A program made the translations under genes and the position numbers. Below, one piece after another: positions 1-9,279 of a stretch of 64,000 nt of DNA (positions within the stretch are counted from its first letter, which is position 1; each line of letters begins with the position of its first letter). The notes below the pieces were generated by a model. That model did not search any database, was not told the DNA's origin, and saw only the letters and a list, made by a program, of their open reading frames with translations. Source of the DNA: Amphiscolops sp. MND2022 (Eukaryota); NCBI GenBank assembly GCA_964187785.1, contig OZ076409.1:83516001-83580000 (forward strand), read 5' to 3'.

Positions 1-416
1 TGATATTTGAATTTATATTGCTCAATTAACCTAGCATATATTGCTGACATTTCTTTGAAGATATTATTCAGATCGAGCAATTCAATAGGGAGATCATATT
101 TAGGTTTGACAGTTATCTTACTATTTAAGTGTTTGGGGTGGTGTTGATCAAGATTAACATCATATTGAGGTTCATATCTTTTAGAGAAGTAGTATGGATT
201 TATCATATGTTTTGCCAACTCTTTTTCTGAGAGATTGACTTTAGCTCTCGCTAATTGTTTTAGTGTTGGGACCGATCGCGCCCTTCGTTGTATAGGGTCT
301 CCCGGTACAACGCCAATATTGTGTAAATGAATTTTAGATTTCTCATGTCTCGAGAAGGATGCTGTGTGAATGTGTTTATCACACACTTCACAATATTTGG
401 TATTCGTTGTGTTCAT
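1..416 (-). CDS. 5' part of a long ORF running off the left edge; probable N-terminal region of the Polinton protein-primed DNA polymerase B
   Basis: Not in the ORF track. ATG at 416 (TAAATG) is open for 138 codons to base 1: MNTTNTKYCEVCDKHIHTASFSRHEKSKIH (C2H2-like Zn finger)...EMSAIYARLIEQYKFKY. PolB identity is inferred because it is the only missing core gene; no catalytic motifs are in the window. Confidence 0.6.
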   Translation of the reverse strand, partial: MNTTNTKYCEVCDKHIHTASFSRHEKSKIHLHNIGVVPGDPIQRRARSVPTLKQLARAKVNLSEKELAKHMINPYYFSKRYEPQYDVNLDQHHPKHLNSKITVKPKYDLPIELLDLNNIFKEMSAIYARLIEQYKFKY

Positions 417-448
417 TTACTATATAAATTTTTATTCAATTGTTTTTT

Positions 449-754
449 CTATTTTTCTATTTTTATAATAATTTCTATATCTCTCCGATTCCGTTTTGGG
501 GGGATAGGTCGAGCTCGAGGTTGTTGTTGTTCTTCCACTACTGGTAGAACTCTAGGTTCTTGTTGTTCTTCCACTGCTGGTAGAACTCTAGGTTCTTGTT
601 GTTCTTCCACTGCTAGTAGAACTCTGGGTTTTTGTGGGATTACACCTACATTTTTCTGTAAATGAATTTTAGACTTCAGATGCTTTGCAAACGATGATGT
701 GTGAACTTGTTTATCACAAGCTTCACAATATTTCCTATGATATGTTTCATCCAT
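449..754 (-). CDS. Small Zn-finger protein with 12-aa tandem repeats; paralogue of the N-terminus of the adjacent ORF
   Basis: YCEACDK...HLKSKIH motif; three copies of a 36-bp repeat (PRVLPAVEEQQE); basic PPKRNRR tail. Confidence 0.7.
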   Translation of the reverse strand: MDETYHRKYCEACDKQVHTSSFAKHLKSKIHLQKNVGVIPQKPRVLLAVEEQQEPRVLPAVEEQQEPRVLPVVEEQQQPRARPIPPKRNRRDIEIIIKIEK

Positions 755-785
755 TTACTATATAAATTTTTATTCGATTGTTTTT

Positions 786-941
786 TCATTTTTCTATTTT
801 TCTCCGCTTCCGTTTTGGGGGGATATAGTCTTCATCTTCGCTCTCCGAATCATCGATAAAGTCTTCATCTGAACTATGTAGAGATTCATCCTCAGAAACC
901 TCACTCTCCGAATAGATTGTTTCACTACCACTATCTGTCAT
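786..941 (-). CDS. 51-aa acidic micro-protein with a C-terminal NLS-like motif
   Basis: Hand translation: MTDSGSETIYSESEVSEDESLHSSDEDFIDDSESEDEDYIPPKRKRRKIEK*; TAAATG start; below the ORF-track length cutoff. Confidence 0.65.
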   Translation of the reverse strand: MTDSGSETIYSESEVSEDESLHSSDEDFIDDSESEDEDYIPPKRKRRKIEK

Positions 942-1468
942 TTACTACTGAGAAAATCTCTTTCGTAACATATAACTTTTCACCCTTTATATACATCAAA
1001 GCAGTTGCTATCAAGTCGTAATAATTTATATTTTCATAATACCTAGCCGAGACCAACCACTTCATCATCCTAAGTGCATAATCTCCAGCTTTGTGAATTC
1101 CTTCAGATGCAGCGAAGACATTTTTTTTCGAAATCATCAGGCATGTCATCAAACTTGTTTAGGATTTCTTCTAAGATATTTAGTCTCTTCTTTTTAAGAT
1201 ATGTCAGGACAGCTGCGAGAACGTCTATATCATTGGTTTGAACTAATGAATTAACTTCCATACAAATACCAATTATTTTCGGAGTTGCATATGTTAATCT
1301 CCCTTTAAAATTGATATTCTTTTTTCTTTGAACTTTTGTCAATTGATTTTTAGTTTTTATAACATTGAATTCACATACATAACAAGTGAATTCATACTCG
1401 TATTCTAGTAGAGCATTTCTATTACATCTCCTACACATGGTAGGATTTAAAAATTCTTCTTCATCCAT
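931..1468 (-). CDS. Polinton accessory protein with CxxC..CxxC Zn ribbon; one gene split by a frameshift in the A8 run at 1121-1128
   Basis: Removing one A joins ORF 1103-1468 to ORF 931-1152 (…DDFEKNVFAASEGIHK…). Confidence 0.65.
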
Positions 1469-1666
1469 TTATTTCGTTACAATATGAAAAGATCCGTCAT
1501 CTAATTCAATTATATTTGATTTTTTATCTAATTTAACACCATTCATAACTTCATATTTAGATTTCAATGACTTGGGAGGAGATGTTTCTCTCAGAATTTT
1601 ACCATCATTGATAATGTACTTTGGATTATTAACTTCAGTGTAAAATTTATTATTTATGTACTTCAT
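1469..1666 (-). CDS. Polinton hypothetical protein, 65 aa
   Basis: TAAATG start; its TAA stop directly abuts the next ATG. Confidence 0.6.
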   Translation of the reverse strand: MKYINNKFYTEVNNPKYIINDGKILRETSPPKSLKSKYEVMNGVKLDKKSNIIELDDGSFHIVTK

Positions 1667-1757
1667 TTATTATATATTATTTATTTCAAATAAATTTTCA
1701 ATTTTTTAATTACAGATTCGTTTTCATCTAATGTTTTTATATTGATGAATTGATGAA

Positions 1758-2987
1758 TTATAAAAGATCAAAGTGTCTTTGTCCGTCACTACTAATACTT
1801 ATTAACTTGGGTGTTAGTACAAGGGCATAAGCTACATAATCTGCTACACCAAAAGCAGCACTAAATTTAAATTCTAATCTAATAGGTTGAGATGCTATAG
1901 GTGGTTTTTGCTTAGATAGGTCAAATACATAAAAATTGTAACTCGCTCGGAATTTGTGCAAACTGATAAACGGATTGAGTAGATTAGATTCAGAATGTAA
2001 GTTATAGAAGTTTTCGATTTGATAATAAGCTTGATCGTATTTGTCGCGGTCGTAGTCACATTCTATTCCATCATCGGGATATTTTTCTGATCCTATTTTA
2101 CAAACTGCATTACTAACCGAAAGTCGATCGAATGTTGAGTTGTTATGTGTTTGTGAATCAATTTTATTTCTAGCTTGAAATCCAACTATCACGTATGTTG
2201 GTGTCGATTCTCCACTGTTGCCTAATTCAAATGTCCAATTATTATTGGTGTTAACATCTTTTCTAAAGACAGTTCGTTCTATATAATACAACTCGGTTGG
2301 GTCTTTATCTAATATTTGATTAAGGACAAGCTGCTGGTTTTCCATACTGGGTACATAGTGTGGAATGTGCCAAGCAATATCTTTTATATCTATTTTTGCA
2401 GCATCTACACCGTTGTCCCTGATGATAGGGTCGTTATTATTATTACGTTTTAATGTCAGAGAATAACCCAATCCGTAAGTTATTTTTTCTTGATCAGCAA
2501 ATCCAAACAAGTCTTTTAGTTTTATTCTAACAAAAAAGGTTCCTTTTTCTGTTTTGTGGTTTGTTAATTCTAATCGCCTGGTGTTTTCTGATTCTTCAAA
2601 TCCGTACATCAATTGACTTGTTTGTTGGTTGCTAGTCAAAAGCTTGTACATTAAACATACTGGGTGTAGGTTATCAACTTTCTCAAGATGCTTTCCTGAT
2701 GATGTCACAAGTTTAGCTTCACTAAATAAAGCAACAGGCCCAAAGTTGACCAAGCTTATTTGGTCGTTGTCTACGTAGCGTGTGTTATCGTTTTTAAGAA
2801 CTTCAAATTCTAGACTAATGTATGAGTTTTGTAAACAAATATAAGCATCTTCTCTTGGGAAAATGATGGAAATATTTGAATTATTGTTGTTGATTGTAGC
2901 TAAACTACTAGGCGAGTATTTAATAAAATCAATTTTATGAATTGGATTATCGAGAACATATTTATTTTTCAAAGAAAATAATTCCAT
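1758..2987 (-). CDS. Major capsid protein (double jelly-roll, Polinton PY / adintovirus hexon-like)
   Basis: 409-aa intact, beta-rich ORF with PTYVIVGFQ, KIGSEKYP, FYVFDLSKQ, IRLEFKF and AYALVL segments typical of Polinton MCPs; Polinton gene context. Confidence 0.88.
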   Translation of the reverse strand: MELFSLKNKYVLDNPIHKIDFIKYSPSSLATINNNNSNISIIFPREDAYICLQNSYISLEFEVLKNDNTRYVDNDQISLVNFGPVALFSEAKLVTSSGKHLEKVDNLHPVCLMYKLLTSNQQTSQLMYGFEESENTRRLELTNHKTEKGTFFVRIKLKDLFGFADQEKITYGLGYSLTLKRNNNNDPIIRDNGVDAAKIDIKDIAWHIPHYVPSMENQQLVLNQILDKDPTELYYIERTVFRKDVNTNNNWTFELGNSGESTPTYVIVGFQARNKIDSQTHNNSTFDRLSVSNAVCKIGSEKYPDDGIECDYDRDKYDQAYYQIENFYNLHSESNLLNPFISLHKFRASYNFYVFDLSKQKPPIASQPIRLEFKFSAAFGVADYVAYALVLTPKLISISSDGQRHFDLL

Positions 2988-3045
2988 TTATATACAAAAA
3001 ATCATGATTTAAAAATTATACTGATATTGTTTTTACTAAATAATG

Positions 3046-3582
3046 TTAGCCTAAAAAAGTAAACTCAGAATTTAGTTTAGTTTTGTTCGTTTTGTATGTA
3101 TCATAAGATTGTTTTAGTTTGTTATATTCATTCAGATCGATTTTATTGTCTTCTAAACATTTTGAATGTAGTTTACAGAAATCATGTAGTGTTCTACCAG
3201 CAAGGGTATATTTCTTAAGATTGTGTTGTTCTTTTCTTTTCAGGTACTCACCAAGAAGCTTACTGATTATACATAAACCTGCACCAATACCACTAGCAAC
3301 GGGGACAACAACCAGTCCAACTCCAGTAATGCTGAGAGTGACACATGTTGATGATACAGCTAGTATTGAAACACCATCAACAGATTGTATTAAACAATTT
3401 ATGAGCTTGTATTGTTTACTTTTCTTTTTATACTTTTTGGCTTCATGATTATAAAAATTTTTAAAATCTTTTATATTTTGAATTGAATTATTGAAACTAT
3501 TTATTTCTTTCAATCGTAGGTTTAGGTGTTGCTCTAAACTATCTACTTGTGGTTGCAAACTGGGGTATAATTTTTCATTCAT
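3046..3582 (-). CDS. Polinton membrane protein (coiled coil plus hydrophobic Gly-rich hairpin)
   Basis: 178 aa; hydrophobic segment SILAVSSTCVTLSITGVGLVVVPVASGIGAGLCIIS flanked by Lys-rich helices. Confidence 0.75.
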   Translation of the reverse strand: MNEKLYPSLQPQVDSLEQHLNLRLKEINSFNNSIQNIKDFKNFYNHEAKKYKKKSKQYKLINCLIQSVDGVSILAVSSTCVTLSITGVGLVVVPVASGIGAGLCIISKLLGEYLKRKEQHNLKKYTLAGRTLHDFCKLHSKCLEDNKIDLNEYNKLKQSYDTYKTNKTKLNSEFTFLG

Positions 3583-3586
3583 TTAT

Positions 3587-4277
3587 TTAGTCAAAAAGTA
3601 TGAAATTGATTTCACTCGTGGTTAGTTTCATTCTATATTTAAGGTCAACTATATCTTTGTATTCATCTTTTTTTAAACACTTCACAATATCTTCTCTCGT
3701 TGAATAGTCCAAGTCTGATAAATAATACACACCATCTGATGTCTTTATTTCTGTTCCGTATTTTTCAAGCAAGTATTGGTTTGAGAAGGTCAAATACGAC
3801 TGGAATATTTGGTCCTTATTTTCAAATGAGTCAAACAATCCTTTGCTATACAGTAGTTGTATAACATCCTTGACTGCTTGGTTTTTGCTTTTTTCCAATT
3901 CTGAAATAAGGTTTCTCTCGAAACTATTTCGCAAAATGGTTTGTTGTTCTTCTACCAACTTAGCAGCATCCAAAATTATTTCTTTCTTCTTTTCTAATAA
4001 TTTATTTTTAATATCTTGTTCTAAGTATTTCAAATTTATTTTTATATCTTCTATATTTTTGTTTATGTCTACAAACGTTTTTTGCATTGACTAATACCTT
4101 TGTTTCACCGTTGTCAAATATAACTTCTTGTAGGTTATTAAAATTTTCTAAATTATTAGACAAATCATAAAGTTTTAAGTTGAATAATTTGGTTTGTGAC
4201 TCCAATTCTTTTTCAAGATTCTCAATCTTGTCTTTTTGTAGGCTTTCAGCACTATAACCAAACTTATGTAATGACAT
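3587..4277 (-). CDS. Polinton coiled-coil hypothetical protein; probably one gene split in the A6 run at 4078-4083
   Basis: Removing one A fuses ORF 4008-4277 with ORF 3587-4087 (…VLVNAKTFVDINKNIED…). Confidence 0.6.
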
Positions 4278-4297
4278 TCTTATTTATTTTAGCATAA

Positions 4298-5149
4298 TTA
4301 CTCAAACTGATTGAAAATATTCATACTTTCTAACGTTTTGTTATTAGATTCAAAGTTGAATACACTTCTTAAAAGTTCTTGTTCATAATATTTTCCTGCT
4401 ATTTGCTCGTTGTTTTCGTCTTCTAAAGTATAGGTTATGGGGTTAGTTGGATTAATTTTTTGTATTTTAAAAAGTTCTCTATTCCAATTTGTTGTATAGC
4501 CTTTTGAATAAATGTTCCTTTTATCAGGAACTCTTACATAGTCTCCCACTTGAAATTTGGGTTGTTTCGGTTTATTAACAAAAGTAGGTGGATCTATTGG
4601 TTTATTACTAGCTTCAAACGGTGTCATGCGGGTTGTGGTATGCACACGATTATTATACTTATCCAAAGCACTGTTAATATGATTCAACCAACAAGCTTTA
4701 CCTTCAATATACATCGGTTCTTTGATAAGATCTAATAATGTTCTATTGAAACGTTCAACAAAAACAGCTTTCAAATCTGAGTGAGTTGAATAAATTTGTA
4801 TTTCATTTTGTTTAAGAAAATCCAAAAATGTTTTATTATAGAACTCTTTACCTCTATCCGACCACACTTTTTCAGGTTTTCTTTTACTAGTTTCTATTAG
4901 TTTCTTGAATGCAGTCGTTGTACTTTTTCCTGATTTATCTTTAAGAGGAATCGCCCATGCAAATTTAGTATGATTGTCAATTATTGTAAAAATAAACTTG
5001 TAGTTTTTGTTGTATTTTGCTAAGCTAGATCGGTCTATCAGATCAATACTCCAACACTCATCTTTATAGTGAGTTTGTATTTGGATGCGGTCAAATTTTT
5101 TAACTACAGGAGAGAATATTTCTTTAGCTATTTTTTGTTTCAGGTTCAT
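4298..5149 (-). CDS. Polinton retroviral-like (rve/c-integrase) DDE integrase
   Basis: WSIDLID, IDNHTKFAWAIPLK, VWSDRGKEF and VERFNRT give an intact D-D-E triad; C-terminal KFQVGDYVR...KGYTTNW...YYEQEL; no terminal chromodomain visible. Confidence 0.95.
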   Translation of the reverse strand: MNLKQKIAKEIFSPVVKKFDRIQIQTHYKDECWSIDLIDRSSLAKYNKNYKFIFTIIDNHTKFAWAIPLKDKSGKSTTTAFKKLIETSKRKPEKVWSDRGKEFYNKTFLDFLKQNEIQIYSTHSDLKAVFVERFNRTLLDLIKEPMYIEGKACWLNHINSALDKYNNRVHTTTRMTPFEASNKPIDPPTFVNKPKQPKFQVGDYVRVPDKRNIYSKGYTTNWNRELFKIQKINPTNPITYTLEDENNEQIAGKYYEQELLRSVFNFESNNKTLESMNIFNQFE

Positions 5150-5184
5150 TTAATAATTTAGAATGGTTGAATGTGGTATTTTTA

Positions 5185-5484
5185 TCACTAAGTGTTGGGT
5201 CTTAGTGACTCTTAGTGATTCTTAGTGTTTCTTATTCACTAAGAGGTGGGTCTTAGTGACTCTTAGTGATTCTTAGTGTTTCTTATTCACTAAGAGGTGG
5301 GTCTTAGTGACTCTTAGTGATTCTTAGTGTTTCTTATTCACTAAGAGGTGGGTCTTAGTGACTCTTAGTGATTCTTAGTGTTTCTTATTCACTAAGAGGT
5401 GGGTCTTAGTGACTCTTAGTGATTCTTAGTGTTTCTTATTCACTAAGAGGTGGGTCTTAGTGACAAAAAATCGTCTTAGTGATT
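5185..5484. repeat. 51-bp tandem array (5 full units plus partials) between the divergent integrase and ATPase genes
   Basis: Units start at 5200, 5251, 5302, 5353 and 5404; built from 10-bp TCTTAGTGAY subrepeats plus an inverted CACTAAGA. Confidence 0.95.
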
Positions 5485-5512
5485 CATTTTACAACGGAAT
5501 TTTACTAAATAA

Positions 5513-6334
5513 ATGAACAGTTTAAATTGTGGTAATAAAAAAATCTGTAAAGGGTGTAATATTTTTAAATCTGAAGAAGATTTCTATAAATATAAAAATG
5601 GTGATGTATATATTAAGTGTATTAGTTGTTTTAATAGGAAGATGAGGTGTGAATTTTGTAACCGTGAATTCAATAAAACATATTTGTCAAAGCATATAAA
5701 AAACATTCATAAAACTGATACAAATAATACAATTGAGGCTGATGCATTAAATCGAACATTAATAGTTGGTCCTTCATTTTGTGGTAAGACTTTTTTGTTA
5801 TTAAACAAATTACAATTAATTCGCTTGGATAACCCAGAACAACAAATAAAAATCATAACTAGATCTCCGGAACAATACGAGAACATACAACTAGAAGACG
5901 TTTCAGTGGAAGACGATCTAGAAGATAGAACAATACAAGATTTTCAAAATTGTTGTGTTGTATTTGATGATATGTTAGACTCGAATCAGAAATTAATAGA
6001 TCCATTTTTTACTAGGGGAAGACATAATGATTTAGATGTTTATTATTTATCACAGTCATATTTCGATTTGCCTAAACGCACCATACGCAATAATAGTAAT
6101 ATCATAATTTTATTTCAACAAACATTGAAAGATGTAGAAAATATATACAGAGATATTGCAGGTTTTGATATGTCTTATGATGAATTTAAAAGTTTGTGCA
6201 GGGAGGCATGGAAAGAAAAATACAACTATTTATTAATAAACAGGCTAGAAGATAAAAACGGATGTAAGTATAAACTGTGCAATGAATCTAATCCAGAGTA
6301 TAAAATCTTTAATCCACAAACTGATCCTTTTTAG
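5513..6334 (+). CDS. A32-like/FtsK-HerA genome-packaging ATPase with N-terminal Cys/His Zn-binding region
   Basis: Walker A GPSFCGKT, Walker B VVFDD, FTRGRH, YLSQSYFDLPKRTIRNN. Confidence 0.93.
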   Translation: MNSLNCGNKKICKGCNIFKSEEDFYKYKNGDVYIKCISCFNRKMRCEFCNREFNKTYLSKHIKNIHKTDTNNTIEADALNRTLIVGPSFCGKTFLLLNKLQLIRLDNPEQQIKIITRSPEQYENIQLEDVSVEDDLEDRTIQDFQNCCVVFDDMLDSNQKLIDPFFTRGRHNDLDVYYLSQSYFDLPKRTIRNNSNIIILFQQTLKDVENIYRDIAGFDMSYDEFKSLCREAWKEKYNYLLINRLEDKNGCKYKLCNESNPEYKIFNPQTDPF

Positions 6335-7230
6335 TAAAAGCTGAAACAATGTTTTGATGTTGATTTGTTGTAATGCATTGGTATTGTAAAAGTTTATCAG
6401 CAATTGCTATGATTTGTTCGCTCAGCATAGGATTATCATTTCCTCCTACTTTTTCTAACACGATTAGTTTAAGTTGATCTACAAGCTCATCTGGGTCAGA
6501 TGGGAGGAAGATATACTGATTTAATCCACTTCCCGATTGGGATTGTTGATATGTGTATTGATTAATCAAATGTTTAATGAAATAATACCTCTTTGATTTT
6601 TTATCTCCATAATTAAGATCATATTTCATATCTTTTAAAAAATTATAAATAAGATTCTCGTTTTGTATTTTTTTTATCTATTTGTGCATTAGTTATAAAA
6701 GATGAAAGATCCGGATCATTTAAATTATATGTGTTACCATTCTGGAAAGTCATCGTTGAACCTTTGATTTGTACTAGTTGAGGATCAGTGTGGTTAATTG
6801 TGAAGAAATTTGAACTTCCTAAAACAGGTTCTAAACTAAATTGACTTTTGTTTTTGTCATTGAGAAGGTTGGAAACTGTTTTAACAATTGAACTGTCTAC
6901 TTGGTTGGAAATAGCATCTTTAATAGATTTTTGTAAATTTTTATTTAAAATATCACTACTGTGTTCTATTGCTCTTGCCTGATTTTCGATTGCTTGTGTT
7001 GTAGTTTGAGTAGAATCACGTAGCGCTTGTATTTGCTTTTCAGAAAGTTCTTGTTGTTTAGTTTGGTTTTGTTCCTGGTTTTCAGTAACGGGTTCAAAAA
7101 CTTCTTCCATATCGTAATGAAAGTCTTGCTTCCCAAGTTTCTCTTTTAATCTTTCTTTGCGGAGTGAAGATTTTGTTTTTTGCAATTTTTTTAATTTTTC
7201 TAAATCATCACGATTATGTATTGAATACAT
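6309..7230 (-). CDS. Polinton structural/core-like protein; one gene split in the A8 run at 6668-6675
   Basis: Removing one A gives …IDKKIQNENLIYNFLKDMKYDL…, joining ORF 6643-7230 to ORF 6309-6629; C-terminal GSGL…LPSDPDELVDQLKL…GGND segment. Confidence 0.65.
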
Positions 7231-7245
7231 TTATTAACCATAAAT

Positions 7246-7647
7246 TTAATGAATTTTTCCCAAATATAAGCCTTTTCCTTGATGAACAAATTTTATAATA
7301 TCAGGAGCAGTTGCAGCTATCATTCGTGGATTTTTACTTGCTGCTGCGGTACCAATATTAGCTGCGAGTTCTAGTGCTCTACCAGGATTATTGAGTATTT
7401 TCTTTCCAACATTCTTTGCAGCTTTGCCAATATGTTTAAAGAAGTCACCCAATCCTTCGGCTGAAATAGTTTGATCAGATACTATAAGGGATTTATTTCT
7501 TTTACATGTTACACACACACCACGTAGGAGTTTAACTGGCATGCCAGTTTTTTTATTTTGAGAAATATCTCCTCGAATATTAGTTGTAGCAGAATAGTGT
7601 TTACCACCAACACAATAAGACTTAGTTTTAAATTTATTGAAGCTCAT
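7246..7647 (-). CDS. Basic virion-like protein with a Cys-containing N-terminal module and an amphipathic helix
   Basis: YCVG…GVCVTCKRNKS followed by GLGDFFKHIGKAAKNVGKKIL and a C-terminal QGKGL. Confidence 0.7.
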   Translation of the reverse strand: MSFNKFKTKSYCVGGKHYSATTNIRGDISQNKKTGMPVKLLRGVCVTCKRNKSLIVSDQTISAEGLGDFFKHIGKAAKNVGKKILNNPGRALELAANIGTAAASKNPRMIAATAPDIIKFVHQGKGLYLGKIH

Positions 7648-7656
7648 TTATTTATA

Positions 7657-8694
7657 TTAAATCTTGATGATTTGAATTGTGAATGTGAGTGTCTCGTTGT
7701 TGAAATCTACTGGGTTGTGGTTGGAGTCTTCAAGAAAAAATTGTATCTGGTCTAATCTTGTTTTGTTCATCTTTTTGTACAAAACAGTAGTCGGATTATT
7801 TATAATTTTATATCCCGGAGGAGCACTAAGATTAAAACTAAACAGGATTTGTTCTCTAATTCCATTAACAATTGAACCATCTACGCAGTCGCACTTCAGG
7901 TGAACTTTATCGGTGGTCGTTATCATAACTGGTTTCTCTGAAGTGTGAGTTCCGGGTGGGTAATCCTTGTTTGTAAATCCCAAAAGAATGTTAAGTCTGG
8001 AGTTAAAATGAATAGAGTTTGAGGTTGTTAAAACTGATTTCATTGATATTGTGTCGGGTATTATATCAATTTTAAAATCATAATCACTTTCATGAATTTT
8101 TTGTTTAATTGCATTATTTATATCAACTAGTTCATAAACTCCTGGTGTTAGTTCTATTTCAATAGAATCATCTTGAATTTCAAATTCAGGAATAGTTATG
8201 GGGTGCTTGGTGTGTTGTTGGTTATTAGCCTCAACTAATTCCTTTAAATCATTAAAATCTTTTTTTGCAAGTTTATTGTTTTCAGAATAACTATTGGTTA
8301 TAATTGTACTAACTTTTTCTACAAATTCATTATACGCCTCCTGATTTTCTAAGTTATAGGATTCATACAAAGATTTTATATTCTTTACTAATACAATGTC
8401 AACTCCATGTTCTATGAGTTGTTCGTCTGTTAGAAGTATTTTAAGTTTGTTATTGCTGTTAGTGATATTATAAACTGTATTATAGACTTCTAAACTTGTT
8501 ACTCCCATCATCCAATTTTCATTTAGTTGGAGAGGAACATCGAATGAAAAAGATTCTTTTTGTTTAGTCATTTTAAATTCTAGAGTTTCTTGTGGTTTCG
8601 AATGAGTATTTTCAACAATTTCTTGATTAGATTTAGCAATATTCAGCAAAAGAGATTCCTTTTTATCATAAGTTACAAAGTTTGATAGATCCAT
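7657..8694 (-). CDS. Minor capsid protein (single jelly-roll penton, Polinton PX)
   Basis: VYNTVYNIT..NNK, PGVYEL..IN, HLKCDCVDGSIVNG..ILFSF…PPGYKI and terminal PVDFNNETLTFTIQI motifs typical of Polinton minor capsids. Confidence 0.85.
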   Translation of the reverse strand: MDLSNFVTYDKKESLLLNIAKSNQEIVENTHSKPQETLEFKMTKQKESFSFDVPLQLNENWMMGVTSLEVYNTVYNITNSNNKLKILLTDEQLIEHGVDIVLVKNIKSLYESYNLENQEAYNEFVEKVSTIITNSYSENNKLAKKDFNDLKELVEANNQQHTKHPITIPEFEIQDDSIEIELTPGVYELVDINNAIKQKIHESDYDFKIDIIPDTISMKSVLTTSNSIHFNSRLNILLGFTNKDYPPGTHTSEKPVMITTTDKVHLKCDCVDGSIVNGIREQILFSFNLSAPPGYKIINNPTTVLYKKMNKTRLDQIQFFLEDSNHNPVDFNNETLTFTIQIIKI

Positions 8695-8697
8695 TTA

Positions 8698-8865
8698 TTA
8701 TGCATGAAAGTGTTTAAATCCACTAGCAGCTATGTTATTTATAAATTCTTGTCTATCTTTTGATAATTTTTTCTCATTCGGAATACCATTCGTATTATTA
8801 TTTTTTGAATGATCTTTTGAATATATGACTTTAAACTGAGCTGAATAAGTATTAATTTTCTTCAT
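8698..8865 (-). CDS. 55-aa small ORF between protease and minor capsid
   Basis: MKKINTYSAQFKVIYSKDHSKNNNTNGIPNEKKLSKDRQEFINNIAASGFKHFHA*; joined to both neighbours by TAATAAATG junctions; not in the ORF track. Confidence 0.65.
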   Translation of the reverse strand: MKKINTYSAQFKVIYSKDHSKNNNTNGIPNEKKLSKDRQEFINNIAASGFKHFHA

Positions 8866-8868
8866 TTA

Positions 8869-9279
8869 TTAATGACAAAATGTCTGATAGTATAAACTTA
8901 AAACTGCATTTTTAAAGCCTATACTTTGTGTAAGATATAAAACATATAAACAATACGCTGCGCAATAGCTATCATTTTTTTGAATTTGATATTCTGAGTA
9001 TTGACCAATATTAAGATAGTTGAGTATGTTTATTGGAGGTGGGCAGCCATATGAATCGAAGTAATATTCCTTAATAAACATGACCCAGTGTGTTCCCACT
9101 GAGGGGTGTAAATTTACAATTCCTGAATCAGTTGTAAATTTATCATCTCTCATGTACACTTTACAGGAATCATGAATATGTCTATTTATTATGTCTAGTA
9201 TACGTTTTATTTTTACATTAGAAGTTGCTTCGTTTTTTAATCCATATTTCTTGACAAATTCTTTGAATGTTAAATTCAT
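8869..9279 (-). CDS. Adenain-like cysteine maturation protease
   Basis: GIVNL…GTHWV (His), YFDSYG (Asp), IQ…SYCAAYC (oxyanion Gln and catalytic Cys). Confidence 0.92.
   Translation of the reverse strand: MNLTFKEFVKKYGLKNEATSNVKIKRILDIINRHIHDSCKVYMRDDKFTTDSGIVNLHPSVGTHWVMFIKEYYFDSYGCPPPINILNYLNIGQYSEYQIQKNDSYCAAYCLYVLYLTQSIGFKNAVLSLYYQTFCH

Noticed and set aside
5185..5484. CRISPR-like array
   Set aside because: Units are identical with no unique spacers, there are no cas genes, and the context is eukaryotic.
327..7903. Plus-strand ORFs overlapping Polinton genes (327-665, 3119-3448, 3843-4094, 4550-4735, 7558-7903)
   Set aside because: Antisense shadows of the minus-strand genes.
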